Origin: Chloroflexota bacterium
GTDB taxonomy: Bacteria; Chloroflexota; Limnocylindria; P2-11E
Reading direction: 5' to 3'
Length of the DNA stretch: 59,735 nucleotides
Assembly: GCA_005882765.1 (NCBI GenBank)
Contig: VBDV01000113.1
Location: 1-59,735 of the forward strand
Below, piece after piece: positions 9,668 to 19,454 of this stretch. The position numbers and the translations under genes are program-made. Under the pieces are notes generated by a model, which saw nothing but the letters and a program-made list of their open reading frames with translations, searched no databases and was not told where the DNA came from. How positions within the stretch are numbered: the stretch's first letter is position 1; every line of letters begins with the position of its first letter.

Positions 9668-10033
9668 GTGCCCGACTACAGCCTTTCGTACGTTTACGTC
9701 TTCGCATTCTTCGTGGTCGGAGCAATCTTCGTAACCGTCCTGCTAACGCTCGCTCGCCTTGTCGCTCCGCGGAAGGCCACAAAGGAAAAGCTCCGCACGT
9801 ACGAGTCGGGCGAAGAGCCCGTCGGTCAGGCCTGGGGACGATATCCGACGCACTTCTATGTGTTCGCGCTCCTCTTCGTCGTGTTCGACGTCGAAGTGAT
9901 CTTCCTTTTCCCGTGGGCCGTGCTCTTCCGCGCGCTCGGCGTCGCAGGCCTCATCGAAGTGATCGTGTTCATTGGGATCCTCGTCGTCGGACTTTATTAC
10001 GCCTGGAAGAAGGACGCCCTCAATTGGTATTGA
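9668..10033 (+). CDS. nuoA: NADH-quinone oxidoreductase subunit A
   Basis: YESGEEP, FDVEVIFLFPWA, AWKK. Confidence 0.95.
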   Translation: MPDYSLSYVYVFAFFVVGAIFVTVLLTLARLVAPRKATKEKLRTYESGEEPVGQAWGRYPTHFYVFALLFVVFDVEVIFLFPWAVLFRALGVAGLIEVIVFIGILVVGLYYAWKKDALNWY

Positions 10034-10512
10034 GCGCCCCACGATCGACGATCGATCTCGACGGACTTCGGTCGTACGTGTCATCCCGGCTCGCTGACAG
10101 GGCTCGCGTATCGACGCTGCACGACATGCTGGTGCTCGACGTGGAGCGCGACCGGCTCGTGGAAGTCGCGACGTTCGTTCGCGATGACCCGCGCACTCGA
10201 TGCGATCTGTATTCCGTGAACGCCGGCGTCGACACGGGTGCCGAGCTCCGCTCGGTAACCTTCGTTCGCGGTACGGGCACGAAGGTCTCGGTCATGCTGC
10301 GGACCTCATGCACCGAGCTCGACCCGCACATTCCGACGCTCACCTCGGTGTGGGAGGGCGCGAACTGGTGCGAGCGGGAGACCTACGACATGTTCGGCAT
10401 CGAGTTCGACGGGCACCCGGACCTACGTCGCATCTTCCTCGAGGAGAGCTTTCCCGGGCACCCTCTGCGAAAGACCTTCCTCCCACCGCGTAGCGACGCG
10501 CGGGGCGGCTAA
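10030..10512 (+). CDS. nuoC: NADH-quinone oxidoreductase subunit C
   Basis: ANWCERETYDMFGIEFDGHPDLRRI...GHPLRK; TTG start overlaps nuoA stop (TTGA). Confidence 0.9.
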   Translation: MSAPRSTIDLDGLRSYVSSRLADRARVSTLHDMLVLDVERDRLVEVATFVRDDPRTRCDLYSVNAGVDTGAELRSVTFVRGTGTKVSVMLRTSCTELDPHIPTLTSVWEGANWCERETYDMFGIEFDGHPDLRRIFLEESFPGHPLRKTFLPPRSDARGG

Positions 10513-10514
10513 AG

Positions 10515-11666
10515 ATGCCCGTCGGTCCTTTCGGCATCGACCCAGTCATCTGGGCGCCGCTGCGCCTCGTCGTAGCCGTTGGTCTCGCGCTCTTCCTTGT
10601 GCTGAACGGGGCGCTCCTGCAGATCTATCTGGAGCGAAAGATCCAGGCGATCATCCAGGACCGCCTCGGCCCGTATCACGTAGGCCCATTCGGGCTCCTT
10701 CAAACGTTCGCAGACGCTTTGAAGCTCATCTCGAAGGAGGACGTGCGCGCGCAGGCCACCGACGGCTGGTTCTTCGTGGCGGCGCCGGCACTCGTCTTCT
10801 GCCCGATGCTCGCCTCGTGGGTGGTGCTCCCGTTCGCGCAGGACATCGTCGGCGCAAATCTCAACATCGGCCTCCTGTACCTCACGACCCTCGGGTCGAT
10901 GACGGTTCTCGGCATCGTCATCGCGGGGTGGGCCTCGAACAACAAGTACGCGCTCGTCGGTGGTCTGCGCTCAGCCGGTCAGCTCATCTCGTATGAAATT
11001 CCGCAGATCCTCGCCCTCGTGTCGGTGGCGCTGGTCGTCGGGTCCCTTTCCATGATCGACATCACGCGCTCGCAGGCCGGTCCGTTCGTCAACGTGCTCA
11101 TCCTGCCGTTCTCATTCGTGATCTACTTCATCGCCGCGCTCGCCGAGACGAACCGCACCCCGTTCGATCTCCCCGAGGCCGAGTCCGAGCTCGTGGCCGG
11201 ATGGCTTACCGAGTACTCAGGCATGCGCTGGGGAACGATGCTGGCCCTTTCCGAGTACGGCAACGTCACCGTGGTCTGCGCGATCGTGACCACCCTCTGG
11301 TTCGGCGGCTGGCAGGGACCGGGCGTCGACGCGATCCCACTCCTCGGGGTTCTCTGGTTCACGCTCAAGGTCTACGCGTTCATCCTCGTCATGATGTGGA
11401 TCCGGGCGACGCTGCCTCGGCTTCGGATCGACCAGCTCATGAGCTTCTGTTGGAAGGGACTCATTCCAATGGCCCTCGTGAACATCGTGGTCGTGGCAGT
11501 CCTCGCCCTCGCGTTCCCGACGACGAAGATCCCGATCGCCATCGCGAGCTGGGTGCTCCTCGTCATCTTCGTGACCGGGATCCCTGTCGTGCAACGGCGG
11601 CGTCTCCGAACGCTTCGCGCACGCGCCCGCGCCGCGGCGGCGCCGGCGGTCCGCGCGGCCAGCTGA
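10515..11666 (+). CDS. nuoH: NADH-quinone oxidoreductase subunit H
   Basis: ERK...QDRLGP, ADALKL, ETNRTPFDLPEAESELVAG. Confidence 0.97.
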   Translation: MPVGPFGIDPVIWAPLRLVVAVGLALFLVLNGALLQIYLERKIQAIIQDRLGPYHVGPFGLLQTFADALKLISKEDVRAQATDGWFFVAAPALVFCPMLASWVVLPFAQDIVGANLNIGLLYLTTLGSMTVLGIVIAGWASNNKYALVGGLRSAGQLISYEIPQILALVSVALVVGSLSMIDITRSQAGPFVNVLILPFSFVIYFIAALAETNRTPFDLPEAESELVAGWLTEYSGMRWGTMLALSEYGNVTVVCAIVTTLWFGGWQGPGVDAIPLLGVLWFTLKVYAFILVMMWIRATLPRLRIDQLMSFCWKGLIPMALVNIVVVAVLALAFPTTKIPIAIASWVLLVIFVTGIPVVQRRRLRTLRARARAAAAPAVRAAS

Positions 11667-11673
11667 CGGTCTG

Positions 11674-12201
11674 GTGACGTTTGACTTCGTCGAGCCCGTT
11701 GTCTTCGCCCTTCTCTCGATCGGGGTGATCGCCGGCGGCGTGGCCGTTGTGATGCTCAATCGGATAACGGCCGCGGCGCTGCTCATGGCCTTCACCTTCC
11801 TCTGCATGGCCGGGATGTTCGTCCTGCTGGGGGCCGAGACGATCGCCGCCTTCCAGGTCCTGATCTACGTCGGTGCGATCACCGTCCTGATCCTGTACGG
11901 CGTGATGTTCACCAAGTTCAGCGACGGCCCTCGCGCCCTGTTCTTCCAGCGGCAGACACCGCTCGCGGCGGTCTTCGTCGCCGCGGTCGCGATTCCTGTG
12001 GCGATCATCGCGCTCTCCTTCACAAGCGCGCCACCGCGGCCCGGCGGCGGTGATCTCATCGCGCTCGCGACGAGTGTGTTCACCGACTTCGCTTTTCCGT
12101 TCGAGATCGCGTCGGTGCTCCTGCTCGCGGCGATGGTCGGGGCGATCGTGCTGACCAAGCGGGACGACCCCGACGAAGCCGCCCTGCGGCGACGCCGGTG
12201 A
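11674..12201 (+). CDS. nuoJ: NADH-quinone oxidoreductase subunit J
   Basis: QVLIYVGAITVL, PFEIASVLLLAAMVGAI. Confidence 0.95.
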   Translation: MTFDFVEPVVFALLSIGVIAGGVAVVMLNRITAAALLMAFTFLCMAGMFVLLGAETIAAFQVLIYVGAITVLILYGVMFTKFSDGPRALFFQRQTPLAAVFVAAVAIPVAIIALSFTSAPPRPGGGDLIALATSVFTDFAFPFEIASVLLLAAMVGAIVLTKRDDPDEAALRRRR

Positions 12202-12509
12202 CCGTTCCTCTCGGCGCGTACGTCGTCGTGTCGGCGGCGCTCTTCTTCATCGGGTGCGCGGGGGTGCTGGTCCGCCGCAACGCGGTCGTGATCCTCATGT
12301 GTGTCGAGCTCATGCTCAACGCCGCGAACCTCGCTCTCGTCGCCTTCTCGCGGAAGTACGGCTCGATCGACGAGCGTGGGAGCGTCTTCGTGATCTTCGT
12401 CTTCGTCATCGCTGCGGCCGAGGTCGCCGTTGGCCTCGGGATCATCCTGTCGGCTTATCGCAACCGGCCGGTAGTGAACGTGGACGAGATCCACCAGATG
12501 AGGGGCTGA
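12198..12509 (+). CDS. nuoK: NADH-quinone oxidoreductase subunit K
   Basis: RRNAVVILMCVELMLNAANL, AAAEVAVGL. Confidence 0.97.
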   Translation: MTVPLGAYVVVSAALFFIGCAGVLVRRNAVVILMCVELMLNAANLALVAFSRKYGSIDERGSVFVIFVFVIAAAEVAVGLGIILSAYRNRPVVNVDEIHQMRG

Positions 12510-12600
12510 GCGAGTGAGGAGCGGCTTTGCAGCGACGAACGAGGCCGGCAGCCCTGAGCGCGTCTCTCGGCGAAGCCGAAGATTGAGCAAGGGCTGAGCG
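12510..12600 (+). repeat. Intercistronic repeat element, copy 1 (MIRU-like)
   Basis: Homologous to 16039-16116; flanked by direct repeat GGGCTGAGCG (12503-12512, 12591-12600); contains 27-aa ORF 12514-12597. Confidence 0.7.
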
Positions 12601-14507
12601 TGATCTCGCTCGTCTGGCTCATCCCGGCGCTCCCGCTCACCGCATTCCTCGTCACCGGTCTGTTCGGACGACGGTGGCTGGGCCATCTCACAGGCGTCAT
12701 CGCGTCCGCGGCCGTTGGCGTCTCCGCCCTCCTCGCGATCGGGGTCTTCCTCGAGGTCCTCGGCGGAAAGACCCCGACCGTCGTCTCGCTCTACCGCTGG
12801 ATCGCGGTCGGCGATTTCTCGATCAACGTGTCGGCGTTGGTCGACCCACTGTCGTCGACGATGCTCCTGGTGGTTACGGTCGTCTCGTTCTTGATCTTCG
12901 TGTACGCAAACGGCTACATGGCGGACGACGCCGGGTTCTACCGCTTCTTCACTTGGCTCTCGCTCTTCGTCTTCGCCATGTTGATCCTCGTGATGGCGGA
13001 CAACTACCTGCTCATGTTCGTAGGGTGGGAGGGCGTCGGCCTGTGCAGCTACCTGCTCATCGGCTTCTGGTTCGAGCGCCCCGAGCCCTATTACGCGGCG
13101 AAGAAGGCTTTCGTCATGAACCGCATCGGGGACTGGGGCTACACGATCGGAATCATCACCATCTTTCTGGTCTTCGGGTCGATGAATTTTCTGGACGTGT
13201 TTACGCGGCTCGCGACGAGCTCGATGGCGCAAGGCCCGCTCACTCTCATCTGCCTCGCACTCTTCTTCGGCGCGACCGGCAAGTCGGCGCAGCTGCCGCT
13301 CTACTCGTGGCTGCCGGATGCGATGGAGGGCCCGACGCCGGTATCGGCGCTCATCCACGCCGCGACGATGGTCACCTCTGGTGTGTACCTCGTAGCCCGA
13401 TCCATGCCGCTCTTCGAGGCGGCGGGCCCCTCGCTACAGGTCGTCGGCATTGTCGGGGCGATCACAGCGGTCTTCGCGGCGACCATCGCGCTCGTTCAAT
13501 TCGACATCAAACGGGTGATGGCCTACTCGACCGTGAGCCAGCTCGGGTACATGTTCCTCGCTCTTGGTGTGGGCGCGCCGGCCGCGGCGATCTTCCACCT
13601 CGCGACGCACGCGTTCTTCAAGGCACTTCTCTTCCTCGGATCCGGGTCGGTGATCCACGGCCTGGGCGGCGAGCAGGACATGCGCAAGATGGGTGGTCTG
13701 CGCCGCAAGATGCCGGTGACGTTCTGGACGATGCTGATCGCCGGCGGCGCGCTCGCGGCGCTCCCGCCGCTTGCCGGGTTCTGGTCGAAGGACGAGATAC
13801 TCGGCGCCGCGTTCACCAACGGCCAGCTCGTGCTCTACGCGATCGGGATCGTCACCGCCATCCTCACCGCGTTCTACGTCACGCGCGCCCTGTGGATGAC
13901 CTTCTACGGAGAGCCGCGGGATCACCATCTCTACGACCACGCGCACGAGTCCCCGCGCGTGATGACACTCCCGCTCATGGCCCTCGCCGCCGGCTCGGCG
14001 GTCCTCGGCATCGTCATCGGCTTTCCGCCCGAAGGGGGTTTCATCCATCGGTTCCTGGCCCCGGTCGTCGAGGCCGCCGGCGTGGCCGAGCGGACACCTG
14101 AGCTCGCAACGATCGTCGTCTTGGCCTTTGTTTCAATGGTTGCGGGCCTGATCGGGATCGCGGTCGGTGTCTCGATGTACGTTCGTCATCGGCCGGACCC
14201 GGCGGCCCTGACGAGAGCGGCCGGCCCGGTCTATCGGGTCCTCGTGAACAAGTACTACGTCGATGAGCTGTATGACCACCGCTTCGTCGAGGCAGCTCGC
14301 GCGTTCGCGGGAGCGGCGTGGGCCTTCGACATTCACATCATCGACGGCCTCGCGAATCGGCTCGGCTGGGCGCTCGCGATGGGCGGCCAGGGCTTGCGTC
14401 GGGCGCAGACCGGCATCGTCGGCAACTACGCCCTCACGATCGTCGCCGGGCTGCTCCTCATCCTCGTCGCGTATGGCGGTTACGCCGCTGGGATCCTGGG
14501 CCGATGA
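12600..14507 (+). CDS. nuoL: NADH-quinone oxidoreductase subunit L
   Basis: GWEGVGLCSYLLIGFW, KSAQLPL..WLPDAMEGPTPVSALIHAATMV, HAFFKALLFL. Confidence 0.97.
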   Translation: MISLVWLIPALPLTAFLVTGLFGRRWLGHLTGVIASAAVGVSALLAIGVFLEVLGGKTPTVVSLYRWIAVGDFSINVSALVDPLSSTMLLVVTVVSFLIFVYANGYMADDAGFYRFFTWLSLFVFAMLILVMADNYLLMFVGWEGVGLCSYLLIGFWFERPEPYYAAKKAFVMNRIGDWGYTIGIITIFLVFGSMNFLDVFTRLATSSMAQGPLTLICLALFFGATGKSAQLPLYSWLPDAMEGPTPVSALIHAATMVTSGVYLVARSMPLFEAAGPSLQVVGIVGAITAVFAATIALVQFDIKRVMAYSTVSQLGYMFLALGVGAPAAAIFHLATHAFFKALLFLGSGSVIHGLGGEQDMRKMGGLRRKMPVTFWTMLIAGGALAALPPLAGFWSKDEILGAAFTNGQLVLYAIGIVTAILTAFYVTRALWMTFYGEPRDHHLYDHAHESPRVMTLPLMALAAGSAVLGIVIGFPPEGGFIHRFLAPVVEAAGVAERTPELATIVVLAFVSMVAGLIGIAVGVSMYVRHRPDPAALTRAAGPVYRVLVNKYYVDELYDHRFVEAARAFAGAAWAFDIHIIDGLANRLGWALAMGGQGLRRAQTGIVGNYALTIVAGLLLILVAYGGYAAGILGR

Positions 14508-16030
14508 CGAACGTGCTCTCGCTCCTCGTGGTCATTCCGCTCGCCGGGCTGATCCCGCTGTTCTTGTTCCGCCGCGACGAGCGCGCCGCGAAGCAGGTCG
14601 CGATCACGACGACGTTCGTCGAGCTCGTCGTGTCGCTGTGGATGGTCAAGCAGTTCGTCATCGGGGAACCCGGTTTCCAGCTCGTGGAGAAGCTTGAGTG
14701 GCTGCCGAGCCTCGGCATCAGCTACCTCGTCGGCGTCGACGGGATCTCGGTGCTTCTCGTGCCCATGACGACGCTGCTGACGTTCATCGCCGTCCTGTAT
14801 TCGAGCGGCGGGGCCATCAAGACACGGATCGTCGAATACATGACCGCGTTCCTTCTGCTCGAGATCGGCATGGTCGGCGTGTTCATCGCGCTCGATCTCT
14901 TCCTCTTCTACATCTTCTTCGAGCTGATGCTCGTGCCGATGTACCTGATCATCGGCATCTGGGGCGGACCACGCCGGATCTACGCCACGCTCAAATTCGT
15001 GATCTTCACCCTCGCGGGCTCGCTCCTCATGCTCGTGGGCATCGTCGCCGTGTATCTCCAGTCGGCGGATGCGTCGGGCTCGCGGACCCTCTCGCTCCCA
15101 GACCTGATCGAGCTGCGCGGCCGGTTTCCGGCGGACTTCCAGTTCTGGGTCTTCCTCGCCTTCGCCCTCGCCTTCGCGATCAAGATGCCGATGGTCCCGT
15201 TCCACACCTGGCTCCCTGACGCCCATGTCGAGGCCCCGACGGCCGGCTCGATCGTCCTCGCGGGCGTTCTTCTGAAGGCTGGCGGCTACGGCTTCCTCCG
15301 CTTCGGGCTGCCCCTATTCCCTATCGGGGTCCAGGCCTGGCTGCCGGTCCTCATCGTCCTCTCGGTCATCGCGATCCTGTACGGGGCGATCGTCTCTGCC
15401 GTCCAGAAGGACCTGAAGAAGCTCGTTGCCTACTCGTCGGTGGCGCACATGGGTTTCGTCACGCTCGGCATCTTCGTTCTCAACCTGCAAGGGGGCGTTG
15501 GCGCGGTGCTTCAGATGCTGAACCACGGCTTCGTCACCGGCGCGCTGTTCCTATTCGTCGGTATCCAGTACGAGAAGACGCACCGCCGGATGATCGCGGA
15601 CCTCGGTGGCCTTGCGAATATGTGGCCGCTCTTCACGACCTTCTTCGGCGTGTTCGTCCTGGCTTCGTTGGGACTGCCTGGACTGAACGGTTTCATCGGC
15701 GAGTTCCTCGTGTTGCTCGGCACGTTCAAGTTCGGCGGTGTGCCGCTCGGCGGGCTCTTCTGGGGACCGCTCGCCGCGATCGGCGTGATCCTCGCCGCGG
15801 TCTATCTGCTCTGGATGTTCCAGCGCGTGATGTACGGGCCGGTGCGCGAGGCATACCGCGCGCTGCCCGACCTCTCCCGCCTTGAGATCGCCTGCGCACT
15901 GCCGCTCCTGCTGCTCACGGTGATTCTGGGAGTCGTGCCGCAGCCCTTCATCGCGTACATCGAGCCGTCGGTCGACCGCCTCATCCGTCTCGCGACGGAC
16001 CCGTCCTTCGTGGTGGTCGCCTTCAAATGA
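14504..16030 (+). CDS. nuoM: NADH-quinone oxidoreductase subunit M
   Basis: FYIFFE, PFHTWLPDAHVEAPT, AYSSVAHMG; ATGA overlap with nuoL. Confidence 0.97.
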   Translation: MTNVLSLLVVIPLAGLIPLFLFRRDERAAKQVAITTTFVELVVSLWMVKQFVIGEPGFQLVEKLEWLPSLGISYLVGVDGISVLLVPMTTLLTFIAVLYSSGGAIKTRIVEYMTAFLLLEIGMVGVFIALDLFLFYIFFELMLVPMYLIIGIWGGPRRIYATLKFVIFTLAGSLLMLVGIVAVYLQSADASGSRTLSLPDLIELRGRFPADFQFWVFLAFALAFAIKMPMVPFHTWLPDAHVEAPTAGSIVLAGVLLKAGGYGFLRFGLPLFPIGVQAWLPVLIVLSVIAILYGAIVSAVQKDLKKLVAYSSVAHMGFVTLGIFVLNLQGGVGAVLQMLNHGFVTGALFLFVGIQYEKTHRRMIADLGGLANMWPLFTTFFGVFVLASLGLPGLNGFIGEFLVLLGTFKFGGVPLGGLFWGPLAAIGVILAAVYLLWMFQRVMYGPVREAYRALPDLSRLEIACALPLLLLTVILGVVPQPFIAYIEPSVDRLIRLATDPSFVVVAFK

Positions 16031-16119
16031 AAATGAGCGACGAGCGGCTCCGCCGTGAGGAGCGAAACCTCGCGTCTGCGGCGCGTCTCCCGGCCGCAGT
16101 CCGGAGATTGATCAAGTGA
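16027..16119 (+). repeat. Intercistronic repeat element, copy 2, carrying a 30-aa ORF coupled to both nuoM and nuoN
   Basis: ATGA overlap with nuoM stop and GTGA overlap with nuoN start; homologous to the nuoK-nuoL spacer. Confidence 0.7.
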
Positions 16120-17564
16120 CAGGAGCGGATATCGCCGCCGTCTATCCCGAGATCATCGTGACCGCGGTCGCCCTGATCGTCCTCGTCGCCGACGCCGTCG
16201 TCGATCGACGTCGCGCGGCGCTGGCCTTGCCGCTGCTCACGATCGCCGGGCTCGTGGTCGCCCTCGCTTCGGTCTTCAACGTTGTCCCGGCCGCGCAGTA
16301 CTTCCGCGGCTTCGTGACGATCGACGCCTTCACCTCGTTCTTCCGCGCGGTGTTCATCCTGCTTGCGATCTTCGCCGCGGCGATCTCGCCTGCCTATCTC
16401 GCGCGTCGGCGGGTGCCGGCAGGTGAGTACTACGCGATCATCTGCTTCTCGACGGTCGGCGCGATGACCATCGCGCTCTCCTCCGATCTCATCACGCTCT
16501 TCATCGGCCTCGAGACGATGACGATTCCGATCTACGTGCTCGCCGGGATCCAGCGGACGGACCGGTTCGCGAACGAGGCCGCGATCAAGTACTTCCTCCT
16601 CGGCGCCTTCAGCTCGGCCCTCTTGCTCTATGGGTTCGTCTGGCTGTACGGGATCACGAAGGCGACGGACTTCGTCACGATCGCGAGCGTCCTCACGGCG
16701 CAGGGGATCGCAAACGGTCCCACGATCGTGGCGCTCGCCCTCGTCACGGTGGGTCTGGGCTTCAAGGCCGCGATCGTTCCGTTCCACCAGTGGACACCCG
16801 ATGCCTACGACGGTGCACCGACGCCGGCCACCGCTTTCATGTCCGTCGGGCCGAAGGCCGCCGCCTTCGCCGCGATCCTTCGCGTGCTCTTAGGCGCGCT
16901 CGGTCCGCTGGGCGTGGATTGGAGCGCGGTCCTTGCGGTCCTCGCGGCGCTCACCATGACCGGCGGGAACATCGTCGCTCTCGCCCAAACCAATACCAAG
17001 CGGATGCTGGCGTACTCGAGCATCGCGCACACCGGCTACATCCTTGCCGCGGTCGCCGCCGCGAAGGCGGGCCCGAGCGCCGGCGCGGCGGTGCTCTTCT
17101 ACGTGTTCGCGTACGGACTCATGAACCTCGGCGCCTTCGCGTGCCTTCTGTACTTCGATCTCGAGGGGACGCGCGGCGCGTCGCTTGACGAGCTGAACGG
17201 CTTCGGGCGCAGGCAGCCGCTCGGCGCCCTCGCGTTCGCGATCTTTCTCGTGTCGCTCACCGGTATACCGCCGACGATCGGCTTCGTGGCCAAGTTCGTG
17301 GTGATCCAGCCGGTCCTCGACGCCGGGCTCGCCTGGCTCGCGGTTGTGATCGCGCTGAACGCGGTGCTCGCCGCGTTCTATTACCTGCGCGTCGTCGTGC
17401 GCATGTACATGTACGACCCCGCGGAAAAGGTCCCAAGACTCGTGAGCGGACGCACCCTTTCGCTCAGCCTGGGGATCGCCTCATTCGCCGTTATCGTCCT
17501 CGGCATCCTGCCCAACTCCATCTATCAATGGGCCTTGGATGCCGCGCAGCCTCTCGTTCACTAG
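16116..17564 (+). CDS. nuoN: NADH-quinone oxidoreductase subunit N
   Basis: EAAIKYFLLG, FKAAIVPFHQWTPDAYDGAP, KRMLAYSSIAH. Confidence 0.97.
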   Translation: MTGADIAAVYPEIIVTAVALIVLVADAVVDRRRAALALPLLTIAGLVVALASVFNVVPAAQYFRGFVTIDAFTSFFRAVFILLAIFAAAISPAYLARRRVPAGEYYAIICFSTVGAMTIALSSDLITLFIGLETMTIPIYVLAGIQRTDRFANEAAIKYFLLGAFSSALLLYGFVWLYGITKATDFVTIASVLTAQGIANGPTIVALALVTVGLGFKAAIVPFHQWTPDAYDGAPTPATAFMSVGPKAAAFAAILRVLLGALGPLGVDWSAVLAVLAALTMTGGNIVALAQTNTKRMLAYSSIAHTGYILAAVAAAKAGPSAGAAVLFYVFAYGLMNLGAFACLLYFDLEGTRGASLDELNGFGRRQPLGALAFAIFLVSLTGIPPTIGFVAKFVVIQPVLDAGLAWLAVVIALNAVLAAFYYLRVVVRMYMYDPAEKVPRLVSGRTLSLSLGIASFAVIVLGILPNSIYQWALDAAQPLVH

Positions 17565-17962
17565 CGTCGAGGCGGGACCTCCCACCGCCCGGCCGGCACG
17601 AGTCTTTCGCCAACCCAGCCACCCACCGCTCCGATCAGGACCGAGACCGCGAGCGGCGCCACCACCTCAGGAAAGTGAAGCGAGATGAGCCCGTTGAATT
17701 CATCGACCGGCGCGGTTTGCGGGCGGAAGGCCTGATGCAGCTGCGTCGCGATGAGGCTGCCGAGGAAGAGCGAGAAGAGGAACGCGACGGGGGCCGCGAG
17801 CGCTCCGCCGTTTCCAGCGATGAGGCCGGCGCAGAAGAGGATCGCGCCCGCAACACCCAGGAGGATCACCGGCGGCACCGGCAGCGGCTCGGTCAATGCC
17901 CACCAGAACGCGAGTCCGATCGCGCTCGCGGCGACCGACGCGAACACGCGCGGCCAGCTCAC
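17561..17962 (-). CDS. Hypothetical multi-pass membrane protein
   Basis: GTG start coupled to upstream stop; four hydrophobic segments. Confidence 0.7.
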   Translation of the reverse strand: MSWPRVFASVAASAIGLAFWWALTEPLPVPPVILLGVAGAILFCAGLIAGNGGALAAPVAFLFSLFLGSLIATQLHQAFRPQTAPVDEFNGLISLHFPEVVAPLAVSVLIGAVGGWVGERLVPAGRWEVPPRR

Positions 17963-18318
17963 GGTCTCGCCGTGACCGCGCGTGCACGGGCCGCGCCTCC
18001 GAGCCATCCGGCGAAGGCACCGAGGAGGATGAACGGGAACACCGCGATGGGGATGCGGAGAAAGAACGATGCGAACGCTCCCGGGTCTGCTCCTGGCTGC
18101 GTGAGCCCCGCGACGACCGCGTACAGAAACGCACCAACCAGAACCGAGAGGGCTCCGGCGGCAGCGCCGCGACGTCCGGCGAAGAAACCTGCGCCAAGGG
18201 CGGCGAATCCGATGTAGAGGAGCGCGAGCGCACCGCCGGCGCCGATCCATTGATCGAGGCGCAGGTACGGAAAGACCTGAGCGATCCCGGCGCCGAGCAC
18301 GGCGACCGCGAAACGCAT
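17959..18318 (-). CDS. Hypothetical multi-pass membrane protein
   Basis: Four hydrophobic segments; 3 nt downstream of the peptidase. Confidence 0.75.
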   Translation of the reverse strand: MRFAVAVLGAGIAQVFPYLRLDQWIGAGGALALLYIGFAALGAGFFAGRRGAAAGALSVLVGAFLYAVVAGLTQPGADPGAFASFFLRIPIAVFPFILLGAFAGWLGGAARARAVTARP

Positions 18319-18321
18319 GGT

Positions 18322-19428
18322 TTAGGCCACGGACGCGAACGCGTGGTTCGCCTTGTTCAACGGCCGCGCCGATCCGTCGGCGTCGATGACCGCGATGTCC
18401 TCGATGCGGACGCCGAAGCGGCCCGGAAGGTACACGCCCGGCTCGATCGAGAAGGCCATGCCCGGCTCGAGGCGCTCCCGATTTCCGTGGACGAGGTACG
18501 GGTGCTCGTGACCATCGAGACCGATCCCGTGCCCGGTCCGATGGATGAAGAACTCGCCGTAACCGGCGTCGTCGATCACGCGCCGCGCCGCCGCATCGAC
18601 CGACTCGGCGGATGCGTCCTTTCGCGCGGCTGCGTAGCCGGCCTCTTGCGCGCGCCGGACCACGTCGTGGACCCTCAGCTCCTCGCGGCCCGCTGTCTTG
18701 CCGACATAAACGGTGCGCGTGATATCGGAGCGATAGCCGCGCATCGCCCCGCCGAAATCGAGGACGACCGTGTCACCCTCGGCGATTCGGCGATCGCCGG
18801 CCTCGTGGTGCGGTGAGGCACCGTTGGGGCCCGACCCCACGATCGTGAACCCGACCTCGTCGTGTCCCTCCGCGCGGAGCATCTCGGCCAGATCCGCACC
18901 GATCTCGCGCTCCCTGCGACCCGCGAACGGACGCTCGACGATGCGCGCGTAAGCGCGATCCGCGGATTCGGACACGGCGCGCAGCGCCTCGACCTCGGCG
19001 GCGTCCTTGCGCATGCGCAGCCCCCGGGTGATCACTGAGGCGGCGTGGAATTCGCGACGCGGCAGCGCCTCCTCAAACCGCAGGAAGAACGCCGCCCACA
19101 TCTGATCCGCAACCGCGATGCCCCCGGAGGCCGGGACGAGTGAAGCGACGATCGCATACGGATCGTCGGTTTCTCCCCAGGTCATCCGCTCGACATCCGG
19201 CGCCGCAACCGCCGCCCGCGGCGCTTCAAACGCCGGGCAGACGAGAGTCGCCTTGCCGTCGCGATCAAGTACGAGGCACGTGAGCCGCTCGCTGGTGAAG
19301 AGCTGATAGCCCGCGAGGTATTGAAGGTCCGCGCCGGGCGACAGGAGGAGGGCGCCGAAGTCCTGCTCGCGCACCTTTGCCGCCGCGCGCGCCCGCCGGT
19401 CAGCGAAGCTCGCTCGTTCGCTCGGCAT
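18322..19428 (-). CDS. Xaa-Pro (M24) peptidase
   Basis: Creatinase-like N-domain; DFGG..GYRSDITRT, HRTGHGIG...HE, EPGVY, RIED. Confidence 0.93.
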   Translation of the reverse strand: MPSERASFADRRARAAAKVREQDFGALLLSPGADLQYLAGYQLFTSERLTCLVLDRDGKATLVCPAFEAPRAAVAAPDVERMTWGETDDPYAIVASLVPASGGIAVADQMWAAFFLRFEEALPRREFHAASVITRGLRMRKDAAEVEALRAVSESADRAYARIVERPFAGRREREIGADLAEMLRAEGHDEVGFTIVGSGPNGASPHHEAGDRRIAEGDTVVLDFGGAMRGYRSDITRTVYVGKTAGREELRVHDVVRRAQEAGYAAARKDASAESVDAAARRVIDDAGYGEFFIHRTGHGIGLDGHEHPYLVHGNRERLEPGMAFSIEPGVYLPGRFGVRIEDIAVIDADGSARPLNKANHAFASVA

Positions 19429-19454
19429 CCGTTCTGCATCGGAGGATAGCCCGC

